Assembly (NCBI GenBank): GCA_038046345.1
Contig: JBBSWJ010000009.1
Span: 14,418 to 32,286 of the forward strand
Direction: 5' to 3'
DNA from: Nanobdellota archaeon
GTDB lineage: Archaea; Nanobdellota; Nanobdellia; SCGC-AAA011-G17; JACPNG01
Length of the DNA stretch: 17,869 nt
Under the pieces are notes generated by a model. It ran no database searches, was not told where the DNA came from, and worked only from the letters and a program-made list of their open reading frames with translations. Positions 15,202-17,869 of the stretch are shown in pieces. The position numbers and the translations under genes are program-made. Positions within the stretch are counted from its first letter, which is position 1. Each line of letters opens with the position of its first letter.

Positions 15202-16023
15202 TTATTTTTTATTTTGAATCCAATAAACTAGTCCATCTCTAATCTTTCCAGGAGGCACCCCTCTTTCCAATGCTTCTTTTTCATTTAGCCTGCTCATAGA
15301 GTATCCTTTTTTTATAGCGCTTTTTGCTGTATCTGATGGAACAGCTAAATTTCTGCTTAATTGCCATTCTAATGGATCACGTAAAAAATGTTTGTAAGAC
15401 TGAATTAAACGTTTATGAATTAAGCCATTAGCTTCTGATATGGCTAATAATTGTGGAAGTGTGATTAATGGAATTAAAGTTACTCCTTTTTCTTTTAATC
15501 TTGTATTTGATTCTTCATGATCATAAGAAAAAATACATGCTGCATGAGAAACAGGATAACCGGCATTCCTAAATTCTTCAGCAGCGTTTACAGTAGTTTC
15601 TGTATAGTTTACTAATTCTTCAACTACCAATGCTCTCATCCCTTTTTGGATTAAAGGATTATTTCTATCTCCGGTAATAAGCTCACCATGCCCTCCATCT
15701 TTTTTTGATCTTAAATAACAAAAAGGTATTTCTCTTCCTAAAATTTCAGAAACATCATTTCTTAATTGCCAACCAGGAATCATGCCACCTGTTGCAGTTC
15801 CTTCTATAAAATCAAATTCTGTTGTATCAATAACTTTGTGAGCGAGTTTTTTAGTTAAAAATTTTAAAACTGCCGGTTGGCCGACAAGCCCCTTAATCAT
15901 TACATAGCCAGGTCCTCTATTTCCTGTTGTGTATACAAAAGGGTCTTCTCCCCCTTCTACATCTTTTATTTCAATAGCACCGCAATTAATAATCATTGAA
16001 GCAATTTTTTCTAAAGTTTCCAT
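15202..16023 (-). CDS. pyrE: Orotate phosphoribosyltransferase-like type I PRTase, divergent, with C-terminal extension
   Basis: PFVYTTGNRGPGY, GTATGGMIPG, YLRSKKDGGHG, ALVVEELVNYTETT PRPP-loop equivalent. Confidence 0.7.
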   Translation of the reverse strand: METLEKIASMIINCGAIEIKDVEGGEDPFVYTTGNRGPGYVMIKGLVGQPAVLKFLTKKLAHKVIDTTEFDFIEGTATGGMIPGWQLRNDVSEILGREIPFCYLRSKKDGGHGELITGDRNNPLIQKGMRALVVEELVNYTETTVNAAEEFRNAGYPVSHAACIFSYDHEESNTRLKEKGVTLIPLITLPQLLAISEANGLIHKRLIQSYKHFLRDPLEWQLSRNLAVPSDTAKSAIKKGYSMSRLNEKEALERGVPPGKIRDGLVYWIQNKK

Positions 16024-16146
16024 AAAAATCTAAATCATCTTAAGTTTAAATATTAAGGTGTGTAATGTATGTGATTAAGCGAAGTTTCCTGAGTGAGCGG
16101 AGACCGCCCAAGAAAAATAAATCGAAACCCCAGAAACCGGAAAACT

Positions 16147-16165
16147 TATATATTCAGAATATATA
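16147..16165 (+). promoter_or_regulatory. Perfect palindrome TATATATTC-A-GAATATATA overlapping the TATA box of the second TA operon (putative operator)
   Basis: 9-bp arms with a 1-nt spacer; GAAAAC BRE-like element immediately upstream; ATG at 16185. Confidence 0.6.
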
Positions 16166-16184
16166 CTAATATATGTGATGTAAT

Positions 16185-16412
16185 ATGGTACAAGCTGTAA
16201 TAAACATTGATGAAAATACAAATAGAGTTTTGAATATTGTAAAAGCTAAATTTGGTTTGAAAGATAAATCTGAAGCCATAAATTTAGTTGTGAATGAGTA
16301 TGAGCAAACAGCATTAGAGCCAGAATTAAGACCAGAATATAAAATCAAGTTGGCTAAGATTATAAACGGAAAACATATTTCCAGAGAGGAATTTGAAAAA
16401 GAGGTTGCATAA
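16185..16412 (+). CDS. DUF2683-type ribbon-helix-helix antitoxin
   Basis: MVQAVINIDENTNRVLNIVKAKFGLKDKSEAIN and EPELRPEY signatures; abuts the toxin. Confidence 0.82.
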   Translation: MVQAVINIDENTNRVLNIVKAKFGLKDKSEAINLVVNEYEQTALEPELRPEYKIKLAKIINGKHISREEFEKEVA

Positions 16413-16676
16413 ATGTATAAAGATTCCTATAGTGAAGAAATCACTAAGAAATTATCTAAGCTAAAGAAGAAAGATGCAGTACAATATTCAAAAGTCTGCA
16501 AGAAGATGGACTCCATTTTGGAAAATCCAGACATAAGCTATAAGTTTTTGCATCATGAAATGAAAGGACTTCAAAGAGTGCATATTGGACATTTTGTTTT
16601 GGTATTTGCTGTTAACCATCAAAACAAAAGCGTCTCTTTTGAAGATTATGACCATCATGATAATATCTACCAATAA
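16413..16676 (+). CDS. RelE/ParE/YafQ-superfamily toxin
   Basis: ILENP...YKFLHHEMKGLQRVHIGHFVLVF...DYDHHDNIY; starts immediately after the antitoxin stop. Confidence 0.85.
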   Translation: MYKDSYSEEITKKLSKLKKKDAVQYSKVCKKMDSILENPDISYKFLHHEMKGLQRVHIGHFVLVFAVNHQNKSVSFEDYDHHDNIYQ

Positions 16677-16820
16677 GTTTTCTGGGGCTTACTAAAATTA
16701 AGAGTATATCGTTTTATTGATGAAGGAGCATCGTTTAAAGAAGATTTTCTTAATATGTTTAGAGGTGGGAAAGAAGTTGAGAGATTGGTGCAGATGGGAG
16801 TATATCATCTTCTTAAATAA
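16677..16820 (+). pseudogene. Headless 47-codon open frame, possible 3' remnant of a disrupted gene
   Basis: VFWGLLKLRVYRFIDEGASFKEDFLNMFRGGKEVERLVQMGVYHLLK*, in frame with and directly after the toxin TAA. Confidence 0.3.
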
Positions 16821-16948
16821 AACCAAAAACCCATTACAAAATACAAGAAAAACAAAACAACACTAAAGAATTCTTCAAGAAAAACAAAACACTGATCATA
16901 ATAGTAACAATTAGAAAAGTTCTTATATCAATAGTCTTTGTTTAGTTT

Positions 16949-17290
16949 ATGAAACAGGCAATTCTTGTCCGTGCTGATCTTAAAATGGATAAGGGTAAAT
17001 TAGCTTCTCAAGTTGCTCATGCTTCTGTAGAAGCTGTTTTAAGAAGTTCTTCTTCAAAGGTTGATCTTTGGCGTTCTGAAGGTATGAAAAAGGTGATATT
17101 GAAAGTTACTGATCTTAACTCTTTACGTGATTTTCAGCAAAAGGCTAAACACGAAAAACTTGTTGCTGCGTTAATTACTGATAGTGGTAGAACTAAATTT
17201 CATGGTACTGTTACAACAACTTGTTTAGGCATTGGACCGGATACAGACGAGCTTATTGATAAGGTTACTCATGAACTAAAACTGCTTTAG
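16949..17290 (+). CDS. pth2: Peptidyl-tRNA hydrolase Pth2
   Basis: KQAILVRADLKMDKGKLASQVAHA, KKVILKV, ITDSGRT, LGIGP. Confidence 0.95.
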   Translation: MKQAILVRADLKMDKGKLASQVAHASVEAVLRSSSSKVDLWRSEGMKKVILKVTDLNSLRDFQQKAKHEKLVAALITDSGRTKFHGTVTTTCLGIGPDTDELIDKVTHELKLL

Positions 17291-17323
17291 TAACTTTTTT
17301 AAAGCTTTAAATGCTTTAATTCT

Positions 17324-17569
17324 ATGCAATTACGCCTCACCTTAACGTATAGTTTGGTGATACCGCAAGCTACTGAACCACCAAGAAATTCTCGTGGTCT
17401 GTGTTTTAGGTGGTTGTGTGATTTTTTTGAAGAAAATCCTGGTGAGACCAGACCAACTGGGTTACGTAACTTCAATTTAAAAAAGTTGAGAAAAGTTTAT
17501 GATAACCTATTGGCAAAATATAATATCTCAGAGTTTCAAATAACTTCAAGAGATTGGTATTTAGTATGA
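17324..17569 (+). CDS. Hypothetical protein
   Basis: 81 aa ORF only; no recognisable motif, no clear SD. Confidence 0.35.
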   Translation: MQLRLTLTYSLVIPQATEPPRNSRGLCFRWLCDFFEENPGETRPTGLRNFNLKKLRKVYDNLLAKYNISEFQITSRDWYLV

Positions 17570-17637
17570 GAACTCACAAACATGGAAGAGGAAGCTTATA
17601 ACACCACTATCTTCATTTCACCGCCCACTTTGGTACC

Positions 17638-17668
17638 TTACCATCTACTGTCTACCAGTAGATGGTAA
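17638..17668. repeat. Perfect 13-bp inverted repeat with 5-nt loop between convergent ORFs
   Basis: TTACCATCTACTG-TCTAC-CAGTAGATGGTAA. Confidence 0.85.
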
Positions 17669-17679
17669 TGTAGGTGGAT

Positions 17680-17869
17680 TTAACCCCTAGAATGACCTAC
17701 TCCAAATAGAAACACTACTATTCCTATGAAAGTTATTATTAATTTTGCAAAGATATGATCAGCAATTCCAGAAACCCAAGGCAGAATTACTAATGCAACC
17801 CCAATTAATACAGCCATTGCTGTTCCACTAATTATTGCGTTTGCTTCACCCATAAGGGCATTATATTCG
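17680..17869 (-). CDS. Partial CDS, C-terminus of a membrane protein (...EYNALMGEANAIISGTAMAVLIGVALVILPWVSGIADHIFAKLIITFIGIVVFLFGVGHSRG*)
   Basis: Frame open from the window end to TAA at 17682-17680; two hydrophobic helices. Confidence 0.65.
   Translation of the reverse strand, partial: EYNALMGEANAIISGTAMAVLIGVALVILPWVSGIADHIFAKLIITFIGIVVFLFGVGHSRG

Noticed and set aside
16085-16140. Hammerhead ribozyme-like words (CTGAGTGA, stem, GAAA)
   Set aside because: The core has two nucleotides at N7, four extra bases separate stem II from GAAA, and no stem I or cleavage triplet can be drawn
518-16673. The many antisense or overlapping ORFs in the track (e.g. 3328-3870, 11313-11978, 14532-14741, 16488-16673)
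   Set aside because: Shadow frames of well-supported genes with no recognisable motifs; 14532-14741 conflicts with rpo12 and pfdB
15078-16820. Integrated element at tRNA-Pro carrying pyrE-like and TA genes
   Set aside because: These genes lie on the tRNA 5' side; no duplicated tRNA 3' end and no integrase are seen
16844-16891. 16-bp direct repeat CAAGAAAAACAAAACA, period 32
   Set aside because: Low-complexity A-rich sequence with only two copies; not CRISPR-like
1-17869. CRISPR array, rRNA, transposase or integrase genes
   Set aside because: No regularly spaced repeat-spacer units, no rRNA-like tract and no recombinase or transposase motifs were found

Overview
Low-GC archaeal DNA, most consistent with a DPANN (Woesearchaeota/Pacearchaeota-like) genome. 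The archaeal call rests on Rpo12, eL43/L37Ae, prefoldin beta, archaeal SepF, Pth2, UPF0147, GAGGTGA Shine-Dalgarno sites and BRE/TATA promoters; the DPANN call is inference. Left half: a translationally coupled six-gene minus-strand operon (thioredoxin-like, E1alpha, lipB, lipA, E1beta, E2) with no E3 in the window, flanked by a malic enzyme and a divergently transcribed glutamate dehydrogenase. An AbrB/MazE-PemK/MazF toxin-antitoxin cassette bracketed by direct repeats sits between E2 and the malic enzyme. Two small membrane ORFs missed by the track lie between the operon and gdh. Middle: uppP, a compositionally foreign pair (a Nudix-fold protein lacking the catalytic glutamates, then a RimJ/PseH-like GNAT), a DRG-like GTPase with degenerate G3/G4 motifs, a minimal MscS and a ProX-type tRNA editing protein. 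Right: sepF, UPF0147, pfdB, rpo12 (missed by the track), rpl37ae, tRNA-Pro(UGG), a divergent orotate PRTase-like gene, a second TA pair (DUF2683-type plus RelE-like) with a palindromic operator candidate, pth2, a hypothetical ORF and a perfect 13-bp hairpin. The best candidates for new biology are the E3-less, thioredoxin-led, self-lipoylating 2-oxoacid dehydrogenase operon and the pseudo-Nudix/GNAT cassette. All family assignments come from motif recognition by eye; no database search was run.
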